Positions 24,295 to 37,575 of a stretch of DNA of 64,000 bases are shown here, piece after piece (the first letter of the stretch is position 1; each line of letters begins with the position of its first letter). The notes under the pieces are model-generated. The model made no database searches, was not told where the DNA came from, and saw only the letters and a program-made list of their open reading frames with translations. Location of the stretch: the NCBI GenBank assembly GCA_964016885.1, contig OZ024754.1, forward strand, positions 12,214,001-12,278,000, given 5' to 3'. Made by a program: the position numbers and the translations under genes. This DNA is from Eledone cirrhosa (taxonomy: Eukaryota).

Positions 24295-25340
24295 ACACAT
24301 ACATATATAGATCCATACACACATACATATATAGATCCATACACACATACATATATAGATCCATACACACATACATATATAGATCCATACACACATACAT
24401 ATATAGATCCATACACACATACATATATAGATCCATACACACGTACATATATAGATCCATACACACATACATATATAGATCCATACACACGTACATATAT
24501 AGATCCATACACACATACATATATAGATCCATACACACGTACATATATAGATCCATACACACATACATATATAGATCCATACACACATACATATATAGAT
24601 CCATACACACGTACATATATAGATCCATACACACGTACATATATAGATCCATACACACATACATATATAGATCCATACACACATATATATATAGATCCAT
24701 ACACACATACATATATAGATCCATACACATGTACATATATAGATCCATACACACATACATATATAGATCCATACACACGTACATATATAGATCCATACAC
24801 ACGTACATATATAGATCCATACACACGTACATATATAGATCCATACACACATACATATATAGATCCATACACACATACATATATAGATCCATACACACAT
24901 ACATATATAGATCCATACACACGTACATATATAGATCCATACACACGTACATATATAGATCCATACACACATACATATATAGATCCATACACACATACAT
25001 ATATAGATCCATACACACATACATATATAGATCCATACACACATACATATATAGATCCATACACACATACATATATAGATCCATACACACATATATATAT
25101 AGATCCATACACACATACATATATAGATCCATACACACATACATATATAGATCCATACACACATACATATATAGATCCATACACACATACATATATAGAT
25201 CCATACACACATACATATATAGATCCATACACACATACATATATAGATCCATACACACATACATATATAGATCCATACACACGTACATATATAGATCCAT
25301 ACACACATACATATATAGATCCATACACACATACATATAT
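24295..25340. repeat. Homogeneous 24-bp minisatellite (ACATATATAGATCCATACACAC(A/G)T)
   Basis: Directly visible; 8-aa periodic ORFs are artefacts. Confidence 0.97.
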
Positions 25341-25929
25341 ACAAATATACATCCATACACATACATATATACAAATATACATACACACACACACACATAC
25401 ATACATACATACATACATACATACATACATACATACATACATACATACATACACATACGCATGCATATGTACGCACATACATACATGCTTCTATCTTTTT
25501 GTTTGTTTTTGATTATTACATCTCACCCTCAAATTTTGTTTCTCAAATGATACAATGATATTATTATTTTCTTGTTTGTCTCTAGACATTTCTGCTGATT
25601 AAACCATATTTGTTAAGCGACACAATAAAGATTTGGATAAAAAAACACTATTCAGTTTATGTGATATCTCAGATATCTGAAAGATATCATGCCAGCACCA
25701 AAATCTACTAATTTTTTTATTTTTTGTTTCTTTTTTCAGGCTGATGATTGCAATATTACAGTGATATTAAACACACACACACATACACACACACACACAG
25801 ATACACAGACAGACAGACACACACACACACAATACAAAGTTACCAAGATACGCTATACACATATATGAATGACATAATGATATATATATATACATACACA
25901 CACACACACATATATATAGATATATACAC

Positions 25930-25966
<37 letters not shown>

Positions 25967-26167
25967 TATATTTATACATACACACACACATATATACATG
26001 CATATGTATATATGTATATAACACACACACACACACACACATATATATATGCATGCATATGTATATATGCATACACACACACACATTTATATATATATAT
26101 ATATGTATTTATGCATACACACACTCACATATATATATATATATATGTATATATGCATACACACACT

Positions 26168-26222
<55 letters not shown>

Positions 26223-26235
26223 GCATAAACACACT

Positions 26236-26292
<57 letters not shown>

Positions 26293-26629
26293 GCATACAT
26301 ACACACACACATATATATATATATATTATATATATATATATGTGTGTGTGCATGTGTGTGTATATACACACGTGTATATATGCATGAATGTGTGTATAAA
26401 TAAGCTCTAAGGTTTACTGTAGGAACCTTATTAACCAGTGTGCTGCATTACAGTACTGCTGTATAAGTTAAATATAACAAACTCTTCCGTCATCATCAGA
26501 GCTGACTCGATGGTGAAGACATTTGCATTCTTAATCCAGATTATTTACAAGTTTCCACCGATATATTTATAAATAAACACACAAGTATATAGATATATCA
26601 TCATTCAACATGTTACTTCATGCTGCCAT

Positions 26630-26669
<40 letters not shown>

Positions 26670-26670
<1 letters not shown>

Positions 26671-26863
26671 CGAAGGAAATGTGGTAAGGAACCAGGTGGA
26701 CCATAACGCACCAAAGTACTCAATACTTAGGGTAGTAGAGTGGGTAATAGGAACCAGTAAGACCCCGACGGCTGAGCTCAAGCCATTTCGACGGCTAATT
26801 CTGGACTAGAATTAGCCGTCGAAACAGCTTGAGCTCAGCCGTCGGGGTCTTACTGGTTCCTAT
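26670..26863. mobile_element. Fold-back element family P1 copy (near-perfect inverted repeat 26747-26863)
   Basis: ATAGGAACCAGTAAGACCCCGACGG..TTTCGACGGCTAATTC / GAATTAGCCGTCGAAA..CCGTCGGGGTCTTACTGGTTCCTAT. Confidence 0.8.
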
Positions 26864-26966
26864 ATATATATATGTATATATAAGTTTATCCCAGGTTCAA
26901 TCAAGGCTAACCACAGTAAATAAGGTACTCAATACATAGCAGAGTATAAATATTTAATATAGAAAT

Positions 26967-27017
26967 GGCTTCTACAGGACTAGAACTGTTTCATTCTGGA
27001 GAAATCATCAGGAAGCC
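26967..27017 (-). ncRNA. Type I hammerhead ribozyme in the left arm of fold-back element family P2 (26889-27084)
   Basis: Minus strand GGCTTC-CTGATGA-TTTCTCCAGAAT-GAAA-CAG-TTCTAGTC-CTG-TA-GAAGCC; the mirror + copy has GAAA changed to CAAA; family copies at 17185-17240 and 28670-28808. Confidence 0.72.
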
Positions 27018-27225
27018 GCTTCCTGATGATTTCTCCGAAATCAAACAGTTCTAGTCCTGTAGAAGCCATTTCTATATTAAATATATATATATATATGTGT
27101 GTGTATGTGTGTGAGTCCCAGGTTCAATCGGGAGTAACTATAGTCAGTAAGGTACTCTATACAATAGCAGAGTGTAAACATGATTATATATATATATATA
27201 TATGTGTTTTCCATGGTGGCATGGG

Positions 27226-27292
<67 letters not shown>

Positions 27293-27888
27293 TACAAACA
27301 TATATATATATATATGTCATAAATTCAGTTTATAGTGTTAATGATAATATTAACTAGACTTACATTACACCACACAAACACTTGGAGAAACAAATACACA
27401 ATACGCAGACACACATATACACACATACATACACAGCCACACAAACAATCAACAGATACATATACAACATACACATCAAAGCCAAATATAATAAAATAAT
27501 CCAGATTCACGTAAATAATCAGCAATGAATCTGTAAATAGCTGATGTGAATCAATGATTCATTAATACAAACTTTACAGAAACTAAAAAAAAGAATTATT
27601 TTTATTTAAAATCCGATCACCATTTTTTTGTCCTCCATATTATCCATGTCTGTTCAATTTAATTTTTCATAAAATTAACTCCCTTTAAATAGTTCTTCAA
27701 TACTGAGGTGACCACACTTTAATCTTTTCTTTTTATGTATATATTCATTTATCTATGTAATATTTTTAGAGTGTGGTGGTAGTGATTGAGTGGGATGGGG
27801 GCTTCATTATTTTTTTAAATATAAACTGTTGCTTGCAATATAACAGATACTATACTATATAAGGAGATAATATATATATATATATATA

Positions 27889-28079
27889 TCAGATAGGGTG
27901 TGGTAAAAACCAGCTAGACCATAACCCACCAGAGTACTTAATACTTGGGGTAGTAGAGTGGAGTGGGTAATATGAAAGGATTCAGGACCTTGATGACTGA
28001 GCCCCAGCCGTTTTGACAGCTAAATCTAGCTGTTGAAATGGCCAGAGCTCAGCCATCAGGGTCCTGAATCTTTTCATAT
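27889..28079. mobile_element. Fold-back element family P1 copy about 140 bp downstream of the pikachurin-like stop codon
   Basis: Inverted repeat 27970-28079 plus tail homologous to the 15446 copy. Confidence 0.75.
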
Positions 28080-28219
28080 ATATATATATATGCATATATA
28101 TATTTATATATATATATATATATGCAAGCTGACTGATGTTTGATGTAGTGTGGTTTGAGGTTGAATTAACTTAATATTTGGATGATTAAACTTAGAAGTG
28201 CTTAAAATAATTGTACTGA

Positions 28220-28368
28220 TTAAGAGCACTGCCAAACATTCTGTCCGACATCAGCTTGCTCTACCAAGTCGACTTTCAGATCAGTTCCCAAAATAAAGTC
28301 ATTGAGGCAGCCATGGAAACCTGTGGTGAATCTTCGTCTTGTGTGATGTGCAATGTCTGGCATCCCAC
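28220..28368 (-). CDS. Pikachurin/EGFLAM-like, last coding exon (GGMPDIAHHTRRRFTTGFHGCLNDFILGTDLKVDLVEQADVGQNVWQCS*)
   Basis: acaacAG acceptor; phase 1 completes IYIG|G; LamG-terminal GxxGC...C motif; TAA stop at 28220-28222; missed by the ORF track. Confidence 0.9.
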
Positions 28369-28582
28369 CTGTTGTGTTGATTATGAAAGCAAAGATAAAG
28401 AAGAATTAGTTAAAGAATCTGATAGGGCAGTTGAATCAGTAGATGTAGATAAGGGGGTTTCGTTTTCACTAGAAGTGGTGAAATGAAAAATGCAATGGAG
28501 ATGTTTAAGTGAGCAAGAAAGAGAAAGTGAGAATTAGAAATAAAGAGAATATATACATATATATATTCTTACAACTGTCATG

Positions 28583-28669
<87 letters not shown>

Positions 28670-28671
<2 letters not shown>

Positions 28672-28802
28672 AGGTTCAATCGGGGGTAACCACAGTAAGT
28701 GACGTACTCAATCCAAAGCAGAGTATAAATATTTAATATAGAAATGGCTTCTACAGGACTAGAACTGTTTCATTTGAGTGAAACGGTTCTAGTCCTGTAG
28801 AA

Positions 28803-28808
<6 letters not shown>
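28670..28808. mobile_element. Fold-back element family P2 copy, axis in hammerhead stem II
   Basis: ATGGCTTCTACAGGACTAGAACTGTTTCA-TTTGAG-TGAAACGGTTCTAGTCCTGTAGAAGCCAT, with tail shared with the 26889 copy. Confidence 0.75.
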
Positions 28809-28854
<46 letters not shown>

Positions 28855-29019
28855 CTTAACAAATGTAGAAATATATTCTTAAAGGGCATCCAGCTGTAGA
28901 AAACCTGCCAGACAGCCCTATACGAGCGAGACATGGTCACCCAACCAAATCTTGCCTCAAGTGGGACAATTCCCATCTAACCCATGCTAGCGTGGAAGGT
29001 AGACGTTAAACGATGATGA

Positions 29020-29063
<44 letters not shown>

Positions 29064-29589
29064 GAACACATCAATTATGCAAAAAGAAAAGCAAAAGAAC
29101 ACCAAAACAAAACAAAAACAAACAAAAAAGATATTGGTAGCCCCAAGGGAAGTAACTTTAACATGTGACCCTTCCTCATATACCATTTTCGTTTAAGGGA
29201 CACTACTCTGTCCGCAAAAGAAATTCATCTACCTTTATACAATTTGGTATTGGGAACAGTTGATTAATAGTATCAAACTTGGTTTTTATCAGAAATATAT
29301 GACTCATAGTATGAAAATAGTTTTATGCTGCTGCACATCAAAAGAGGCATGCATGTGGCAATTGTCAAAATAAGGTTTATGCGTTCATGCTGAAAGGCTT
29401 TTGAAAAAATAATCTGGGCTTGGCTATGGTTCTGGGTCAGAGCCGTTTAGCCTTTATCGTCTGGAAGCAGCCTGGCACCACTGGTATGTGTGTGTGTGTG
29501 TGTGTGTATATATATACCTCATTTTCACAGACGAGAAAATTATATATTCTCGCCTGTTTTCAAGTCCAGCAGTTGCAATAGCAGGAGGG

Positions 29590-29633
29590 ATCGTCCTGAC
29601 GAGAGCCAGTTCAGTTCGAAATGCATCGACGAT
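29590..29633 (+). ncRNA. Minimal type I hammerhead ribozyme with palindromic TGCA stem III
   Basis: ATCGTC-CTGACGA-GAGC-CAGTTCA-GTTC-GAAA-TGCA-TC-GACGAT; perfect 6-bp stem I, intact core, AUC site. Confidence 0.85.
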
Positions 29634-29780
29634 TGTCCCCCCTTACTTCTGCTGGATGCCACCAGTGATTTTTCATAGCTACGGCTTTCTAAATGTTTAT
29701 TTATAAACATACCGTATTTCTTTAGAAAATATGAAATTCCAATACATATCTGTATACAGCTACGCTCAAAGCTAAATTCT

Positions 29781-29848
<68 letters not shown>

Positions 29849-30028
29849 GCTTAAGTCCATCTCAACAGCTGATGACCATGGAGTTCTGTGTCCATTTATA
29901 TATTTATTTAAAAAAAGAAATTTTATAAGGTTTTCCCTTAAAAAATTGTTTTTTGTTTTGTTTTGCTCCCATTCATTGTCTTGTCCTTTCTTTGTCAATT
30001 TTCTTAAGTTTATATATATATATATATA

Positions 30029-30242
30029 CAGGGTGGCCCAAAAGTCACACAGGGGTTTTAGTTTTTATTAACTTCCTGAATTGTACAGATTGATGTATGA
30101 AATTTTGATACAACTTAAAGGACATAATGGAAATTATTTTGCACTCGTCAATCCTTGTTACACCTCTCTACATTACTAAATATTATAAAATAAAAAAAAT
30201 TATAAACTGCTGTGACCCCTGTGTGACTTTTGGGCCACCCTC
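30029..30242. mobile_element. Tc1/mariner-pogo type MITE (CAGGGTGGCCCAAAAGTCACACAGGGGT terminal inverted repeats) inserted at TA
   Basis: About 27-bp inverted termini; an extra orphan right TIR at about 30318-30334. Confidence 0.8.
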
Positions 30243-30693
30243 TCTCTCTCTCTATATATATATATATACAATCTTTCTGATGCCAGATAATCCAAAAGAA
30301 TGTCTCAGTATACACAATGACTTTTGGGCCACCCTTTATATATATATATATATACAATCTTTCTGATGCCAGATGATCCAAAAGAATGTCTCAGTATACA
30401 CAATAATAAACAGAATCTCTAATTAATAGATATATCTAGTTTATTGGTCATGGAACAAATAATACTTTACTTCACCAGAGACAACAGATCTTCAGATCTA
30501 CTTCAACAATAACATACTCAAAAGGAGATCCTGAATCAGAACTGGCCTAGAAATTGCTCTTTGATATAGAAGGACATAAAAGTTGAAGTAATTTACATCA
30601 ATAATGTAAGGAGTTCCTCGTTGGGGTGCTCTTTACAACATTGATATTAACAGCAAAGAAAATAACATTATAAAAAATATCAAATATTTTTAC

Positions 30694-30797
30694 CAATATA
30701 GATTTTTTTATCCGTGTTCAGTGAACTGAACGTTCCTGGGGAAGTTCCTTCGAAAACATATTGGTTATCAATCAATAAGTAGCCTACTTCTTTATCC
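30694..30797 (-). CDS. Pikachurin/EGFLAM-like coding exon (DKEVGYLLIDNQYVFEGTSPGTFSSLNTDKKIYIG)
   Basis: AG/GT boundaries, phase 2 to 1; LamG motif GxSPGxxxxLNxxxxIYIG. Confidence 0.9.
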
Positions 30798-31399
30798 CTG
30801 TAATAAAAATTGATAGAAATATTTACAGACAACAAAACAAAATAATATTCTATTATAGTTAATATGAAGCATTGTGAGATATATAATAAATGACTGACAA
30901 GATTCAGAAAACCTGTACAATGTCTTAGAAATATATAAAGATCAACTGATGACAAGTAAAACAAAACAAAGTGCAATCATCCACTTTTCAAATGTAAAAA
31001 AAACCAAAACAGTTCAAAACAAAAATGAATGATCAATGTGTTTTTCAGGGTAATAATCCTGAAAGACCATGTTGAAATATACTAGGTGAAAACATTACTT
31101 TATTTGGTTTTATTTATCATCATTTGGTCTTTATATATTGTTTCTACTTTAGGCACAAGGCCAGCAATTACCCAGTACATTACTGGTACTTTATTTTATC
31201 GACCCCGTAAGGATGAAAGGCAAAGTTATCCTCGGCGGGATTTGAACTCAGATCGTAAAGGGACGTAACTGTGCTAGAAAGCATGGCGTCCGACCCTCTA
31301 CGGATACTGCCAATTCCTACCACATTGTACTGACAACAAAAAAAAAAAACAAACAACAAAAAACAAAAAAAAAAACAAAAAAACAAAAAACAAAGTTAC

Positions 31400-31630
31400 C
31401 GCTGAGCTCGGACATAGTGCCAACTGCCATCAAAGAAGTCTGTTGCATTATAAGAAATAATGACTTCACCACTGCCAAGGTTATAGCGGAATTCCAAGAT
31501 GGAGTCAACAAAACCAATGGCAAGATAGTCACTGAATGCTGACTTCTGTTCTTTGCCAACCCAGAAGATTAGCCCATCTCTTCGTTCTGGTTTCACCCAC
31601 ATTTGAATATCAATCTTGTTGCCTCGGGTT
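31400..31630 (-). CDS. Pikachurin/EGFLAM-like coding exon, terminal LamG (DGLIFWVG...DYLAIG...FRYNLGSG...DGSWHYVRAQR)
   Basis: AG/GT boundaries, phase 2/2; classic laminin-G motifs. Confidence 0.93.
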
Positions 31631-31671
31631 CTGAAATAAAAGACATAGAGACATACTGTGTGAATTAGTAA

Positions 31672-31713
<42 letters not shown>

Positions 31714-32861
31714 GCTCTGCTGCTGCTACTTCTATTCTTCCACATCCTACTGTTGCTATTACCCAACAATTCATGGTTAGGGGAAGTCAATTACATTGAC
31801 CCCATCATATGACTGGTATTGTATTTTATCAACCCTGGAAGGATGAAAGGCAAAGAGCCAGGACAAATATTGCTAAGCATTTGACCAACGATCTAACGAC
31901 TCTGTCAAATGGTAATAATTGTTTCTACTTTTGGCACAAGGCCAGCAATTATTATTCCAGTGTATTACTGGTACTTTATTTTATCGACCCCATAAGGATG
32001 AAAGGCAAAGTTAACCTCGGCGGGATAACTCTTTGCTGCAAAGCATGGTGTCCGACGCTCTACCGATTCTGTCAATCCACCGCCCTAATAATGGTTTCTT
32101 ATATAGGCACAAGGCCAGCAATTTTGGGGGAGGGGAGAGTTGATTAAATCAGCCCCAGTGTGTGACTGGTACTTTATTTTATCGAACTTGTAAGGATGAA
32201 AGGCAAAGTTAACCTCGACGGGATTTGAACTCAGATCATAAAGGGCCGTAACTCTATGCTGCAAAGCATGGTGTCTAACGCTCTACTGATACTGCCAATC
32301 CACCACCCTAATAATAATAATCATTAAGGCAAAAAGTTAACAATTTAAAGAAATTTTAAAGTTGATTAAATTGACTCTAATATTTGACAAGAGCTTTACT
32401 TTATTGATTTCACCCTTTATCATTTATAATGGCTGTATCTGGCCAGAATTCTCTCACTTCTTTCAGTTTAAACCGGTCATAATTATTTGAGAATGATCCC
32501 TGTCTTACTATTTATGTAAGAAGTGCAACAAATTATTTTAACTCTTTAGTATTTAAACTGGCCATATCCAGTCAGAATTCTCTCATCTCTTTATGTGCAA
32601 GCTCATACTGATGTTAAGATATTGTTCTCAAAATAAATAATATCAAAATCTTATATCTTTGATATTATATGAGATAATGTGAGATAAAGCATTTACCGTG
32701 AAAATATAATAGTATATATAGAGTAATATAAATAGTAAAGGGTTAACTGGTGTGGCAAACATCTTGAGAAGAGCACTCTCCCCATGAGAATGATAAACCT
32801 CTATATAATTTATAATTTTTTTTTAGAGAAAGATAGAGGAAAAAATTTATGTTGGTCTTAC

Positions 32862-32937
32862 CTTTTGACAAAAGGTGTGCTTTTATACATAAGATAGCTG
32901 TCTCCTGAGAACTGGGCATCATTAATTTTTTCACTTC
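32862..32937 (-). CDS. Pikachurin/EGFLAM-like coding exon (SEKINDAQFSGDSYLMYKSTPFVK)
   Basis: tatgtAG acceptor and GTaag donor, phase 1 to 2 bridges neighbouring exons; FxGxSYL LamG start motif. Confidence 0.88.
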
Positions 32938-33424
32938 CTACATAGAAAGGTGAGAAAGTAAACAATTAGAAAAAAAATTCCATTCATCTGTATATAAAAG
33001 GTAAATTGTTAAAGCATTGTATAACATTTGCTGTAGTATTTGTTCTGGTTCTTCATAATAAGAATGAATCCTGTTGAGGGTAACTTTCTCTTTCAATCTT
33101 TTTGAGATCAATAAACAAAATACGCCTTCTTCCCTCTTCCTATCCTCTTTCGTTTTTTTTAAAAATATATTTTCTTATTTTACATTCCATTCTTTCTTCT
33201 CAAATAAAATGACACAAATAAAAAAACAACAACTAACAAACAAATAAAAAAAAGCACAAAGAATTTTCAAACTCCAACGAAATATCACTTGAATGTGGTG
33301 GATTGGAAGAATTATTAGAGCACCAGATGAACTCTCTTGTGAGCTCTTTTCTACCTCTTTGCTTTCTGAGCTTCAAATTCTCCAGAGATGATGATGATAA
33401 CCAATCTTTGACCAAGCCGCCTCC

Positions 33425-33488
<64 letters not shown>

Positions 33489-35099
33489 GGAGGCTTAGTA
33501 AAATCGAATCTTTGGCGGTGTGCAAGCAAATTTCTACCTACGATATGAATGAGTTAGCAAAGCACTCGACAAGGTAGGTCCTTAGAGTAATAACATACGT
33601 TTAAATAGCTTGACAAATTGGACATTGTGGTAGGCAAAATCTAACACACAATACCAAAGTAACGAAGGAACTAACAGGTTGAAAAAAAAAAAATATATAT
33701 ATATATAAAACATTAAAAAAATAATGAATAAAACAATGAAACAGTTCCTTATATTAAACAAAAAAAGTTCATTATTTAACGATCGTTTCTAGGACATATA
33801 TGTGTTAGAATTGGCATGCATATTCAAAAGATCTATGTACAAAATTATACAAACTATCAAAGAGAATATACATACCAACACATATATATGCTGTATATAT
33901 ATATATATATATATACAAAGATCGGAATTAAGAGTATTCCGCAGTTCACTGTAATAATTGTTTCTACGTTAGGCACAAGGCCAGCAATTACCCAGTGCAT
34001 TACTGGTACTTTATTTTATCGACCCCGTAAGGATGAAAGGCAAAGTTAACCTCGGCGGGATTTGAACTCAGATCATAAAGGGACGTAACTATGCTGGAAA
34101 GCATGGCGTCCGACCCTCTACCGATATTACCAATCCACCGCTCTCACAGTTCACTGTAATAATAATAGTATTAGCTCAAAGAAGAATAGAGAATTTCCTT
34201 CTGAGCTCAAATGCAAATATATTACACAAAGAGAAGTGTGTTACACGGTGAGATGTGTGTAAAGAATTATTACAAGTGACAATAATGATGATGATGATAT
34301 ATATCTATATATATCATCATCATCATTATTGTCAGGTCGCTCTCGAGTGCTACTGGTAACATGTAACCCAGTACAACCTGTTTCATGTAACCCAGTACAA
34401 CCTACCATGGTCGGGTCTTCGGCGACTAAACCGGCAACCCCACCAAGCTTACTTGGTGAGGAGGGTGACATTTGGACACCCTGCGGGATGAAATACAAGA
34501 CCCAGTGAAGGGCGGAGGAACTCAGCAGAGTCAACGGCCATCCAAAGAGTGTTTTTTTTTTGTTTTTTTTTTTAATATGGAGAGGTTAAACTCCGAGGCA
34601 TAACAAGCTGGGAGGAGGGCCGTCGTATTTTCCGTGGCAAACATTTGCACCGAGGATATGTGTCGTCAGTTCCAAAAAGTGTGGTTGGTCCTACACAAGC
34701 CTTCACTACTTAAAACAGAACTTTGCATGGATAGTTCAACATCGGTTCACTTTCAGGCATCAGCTTTTGTTGGACACTCATATGTCGGATATCAACGGGA
34801 GAGTCCATCATGTCATCATTATCAGTGGATTGGCAGTATCGGTAGAGGGTCGGATGCCATGCTTTGACGCATAGAGTTACGGCCCTTGCCATTCTGAGTT
34901 CAAATCCCGCCGAGGTTAACTTTGCCTTTCATCCTTACGGGGTCGATAAAATAAAGTAGCAGTAATGCACTGGGGTAATTGCTGGCCTTGTGCCAAAAAT
35001 AGAAACAATTATCATCATCAACATTGTTTAACGTCCATTTTTTTCCACGCTACCATGGAAAATTAGCCAATTTACCACCGCCATAAAGAGATCATCATT

Positions 35100-35500
35100 A
35101 TTATCACGGTCCCCTAACCCTTTTCAGGGTTGGGGCACTGCACTGCACTGTTTAACGTTGCACCAACTGCTTCCATCTCTGGCAGTCATGGGCGAGTACT
35201 TGGGTTGTGGCAAACTTCTTTTCTGTCCACTCAGCTGTGTTATCTGTCCACCACTTCCTCTGTCTGCCTTGCTTTCTTTTCCCCCACACTGTTCCCTGGA
35301 GAATCATCTTTGCGAATCCGTCTGATCTTGTTACATGCCCACACCACCTCAGCTTCCTCCTCTTCACCGCGGTCAGCAGATCTCCATAGTCGCTCAAATG
35401 CTGGGTGATCCTTTTGCAGACTTCCTCGTTCGGGATATGCTCTGTGTAGGAGATTCCCAGGATTCTTCTAAAGCATCTCATCCCCACTGCTTCGATCTTT
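35100..35500 (-). mobile_element. RTE-clade LINE 3' fragment
   Basis: RRILGISYTEHIPNEEV..RKLRWCGHVTR..ILQGTVWGKRKQGRQRKWW, typical RTE C-terminus. Confidence 0.85.
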
Positions 35501-36284
35501 AGTTAGGGTCCATAAAGAAATACAAAATGTCAAACATAAATCAGAAATTTAAAAGCCAATAATAACTATTTCTATTTTTGGCACAAGGACAGCAGTTATC
35601 CCAATGCATTACTGGTACTTATTTTATTGACCTCGTAAGAATGAAAGGCAAAGTTAAACTCGGCGGGATTTGAACCCAGAACGTAAAGGGATATAACTCT
35701 ATGCTGTAAAGCTTAGTGTCCAATGCTCTACCGATACTGCCAATCTACCAATAATAATTGTTTCTACTTTTGGCACAAGGCCAGCAATTATCCCAGTGCA
35801 TTACTGGTTCTTTATTTTATCGACCCCCGTAAGGTGAAAGGCAAAGTTAACCTCGGCGGGATTTGGACCCAGAACGTAAAGGGCCATAACTCTATGCTGT
35901 AAAAGCTTAGTGTCCGACACTCTACCGATACTGCCAATCTACCAATAATAATAGTATAGGCACAAGGCCTGTAATTTGGGGGGGGGGGAGGAAGGGGAAA
36001 GTCGATTATATCGACCCCAGTACATTACTGGTACTTTATTTTATCGATCCCGTAAGGATGAAAGGTAAAGTTAACCTCGGCGGAATTTGAACTCAGATCA
36101 TAAAGGGCCGTAACTCTATGCTGCAAAGTATCGGTGTCCGACGCTCTCACATTTCTGCCAATCCACCGCCCTCTAAAAGCACATAACAATAGCAATACAA
36201 AGGCACAAGGAATACAGCAATGATATTTGAAAACAAAGAAAATCTGGTGTTAAAGGAATTGCAAGAAGTAATGGAAGGACTAAC

Positions 36285-36465
36285 TTTTCTGGCAGTTGTT
36301 TCCTTGGAAACCGAGTGGGCAGTAGCAGTTGTAGTTATCATGTCTTGGTACACAAACACCTTCGTTCATGCAGGGTTTGCCTTGGCAAGGATGGTCACAG
36401 TTATAGATGTTCACCCCTTCCTTGGCTGACTTGAACAGGTCAAGTGGTTTCTCATTAATGACAAC
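36285..36465 (-). CDS. Pikachurin/EGFLAM-like coding exon: end of LamG plus EGF domain (CQGKPCMNEGVCVPRHDNYNCYCPLGFQGNNC)
   Basis: AG/GT boundaries, phase 0 to 1; six-cysteine EGF pattern. Confidence 0.93.
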
Positions 36466-36654
36466 CTGGAAAGAATGAGGATGCAAGGGATGAGAGGAAA
36501 GGTGTCAAAAACATCCATCGATTAGTTGTGTGGGGGATATTTAGCAGGTGTGAGCAGGGTATTAAGGCAGGGTGGAAGGGATGTGGTTGGGAGTGTGTCC
36601 TTTCGTTTTGTGCTCATGTGGGGTGGGGTAGGGTGCGGTGGGGTGGATATATAG

Positions 36655-37575
36655 ATAGATACATAAGTAGGTAGGTAGGTAGGTAGGTAGGTAGGTAGGT
36701 AGGTAGTTATATAGGTAGGTAGATAGGTAGGTAGGTAGGTAAGTAGGTAGATAGGTAGGTAGGTAGGTAGGTAGGTAGGTAGGTAAGTAGGTAGGTAGGT
36801 AGGTAAGTAGGTAGGTAGGTAGGTAAGTAGGTAAGTAGGTAGATAGGTAGGTAGGTAAGTAGATAGGTAGGTAGGTAGATAGGTAGGTAGGTAGGTATGT
36901 AGGTAGGTAAGTAGGTAGGTAGCTAGGTATGTAGGTAGGTAAGTAGGTAGGTAGGTAGGTAGGTAGGTAGGTAGGTAAGTAGGTAGGTAAGTAGATAGAT
37001 AGGTAGGTAAGTAGGTAGATAGGTAGGTAGGTAGGTAGGTAAGTAGATAGGTAGGTAGGTAGATAGGTAGGTAGGTAGGTAAGTAGGTAGATAGGTAGGT
37101 AGGTAGGTAGGTAAATAGCTAGGTAGGTAGGTAGGTAGGTAGGTAGGTAAGTAGGTAGATAGGTAGGTAAGTAGATAGGTAGGTAGGTAAGTAGATAGGT
37201 AGGTAGGTCGGTAGGTAAGTAGGTAGGTAGGTAGGTAGGTAGGTAGGTAAGTAGGTAGGTAGGTAGGTAGGTAGGTAGGTAGGTAAGTAGATAGGTAAGT
37301 AGGTAGGTAGGTAGGTAGGTAGGTAGGTAGGTAGGTAGGTAGGTAGATAGGTAAGTAGGTAGGTAGGTAGGTAGGTAGGTAGGTAGGTAGGTAGGTAGGT
37401 AGGTAGGTAAGTAGGTAGATAGGTAGGTAAGTAGATAGGTAGGTAGGTAAGTAGATAGGTAAGTAGATCGGTAGGTAAGTAGATAGGTAAGTAGGTAGGT
37501 AGGTAGGTAGGTAGGTAGGTAGGTAGGTAGGTAAGTAGATAGGTAAGTAGGTAGGTAGGTAGGTAAGTAGGTAGA
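36655..37575. repeat. (TAGG)n microsatellite, 3' flank of Tx1 LINE
   Basis: Directly visible. Confidence 0.95.

Noticed and set aside
19534-27322. Many YI/HT/VC-rich ORFs of 100-450 aa
   Set aside because: Translations of (TA)n, (CA)n and 24-bp minisatellites; no domain content or splice support
28256-28486. Plus-strand 76-aa ORF
   Set aside because: Antisense shadow of the real minus-strand terminal exon 28220-28368
29540-29998. Minus-strand 152-aa ORF as a possible pikachurin-like exon
   Set aside because: No LamG similarity; phases already close between 30694 and 28368; the region is the hammerhead-bearing insert
36655-37575. Interstitial telomeric repeat
   Set aside because: The unit is TAGG, not the TTAGGG telomere repeat of molluscs or TTAGG
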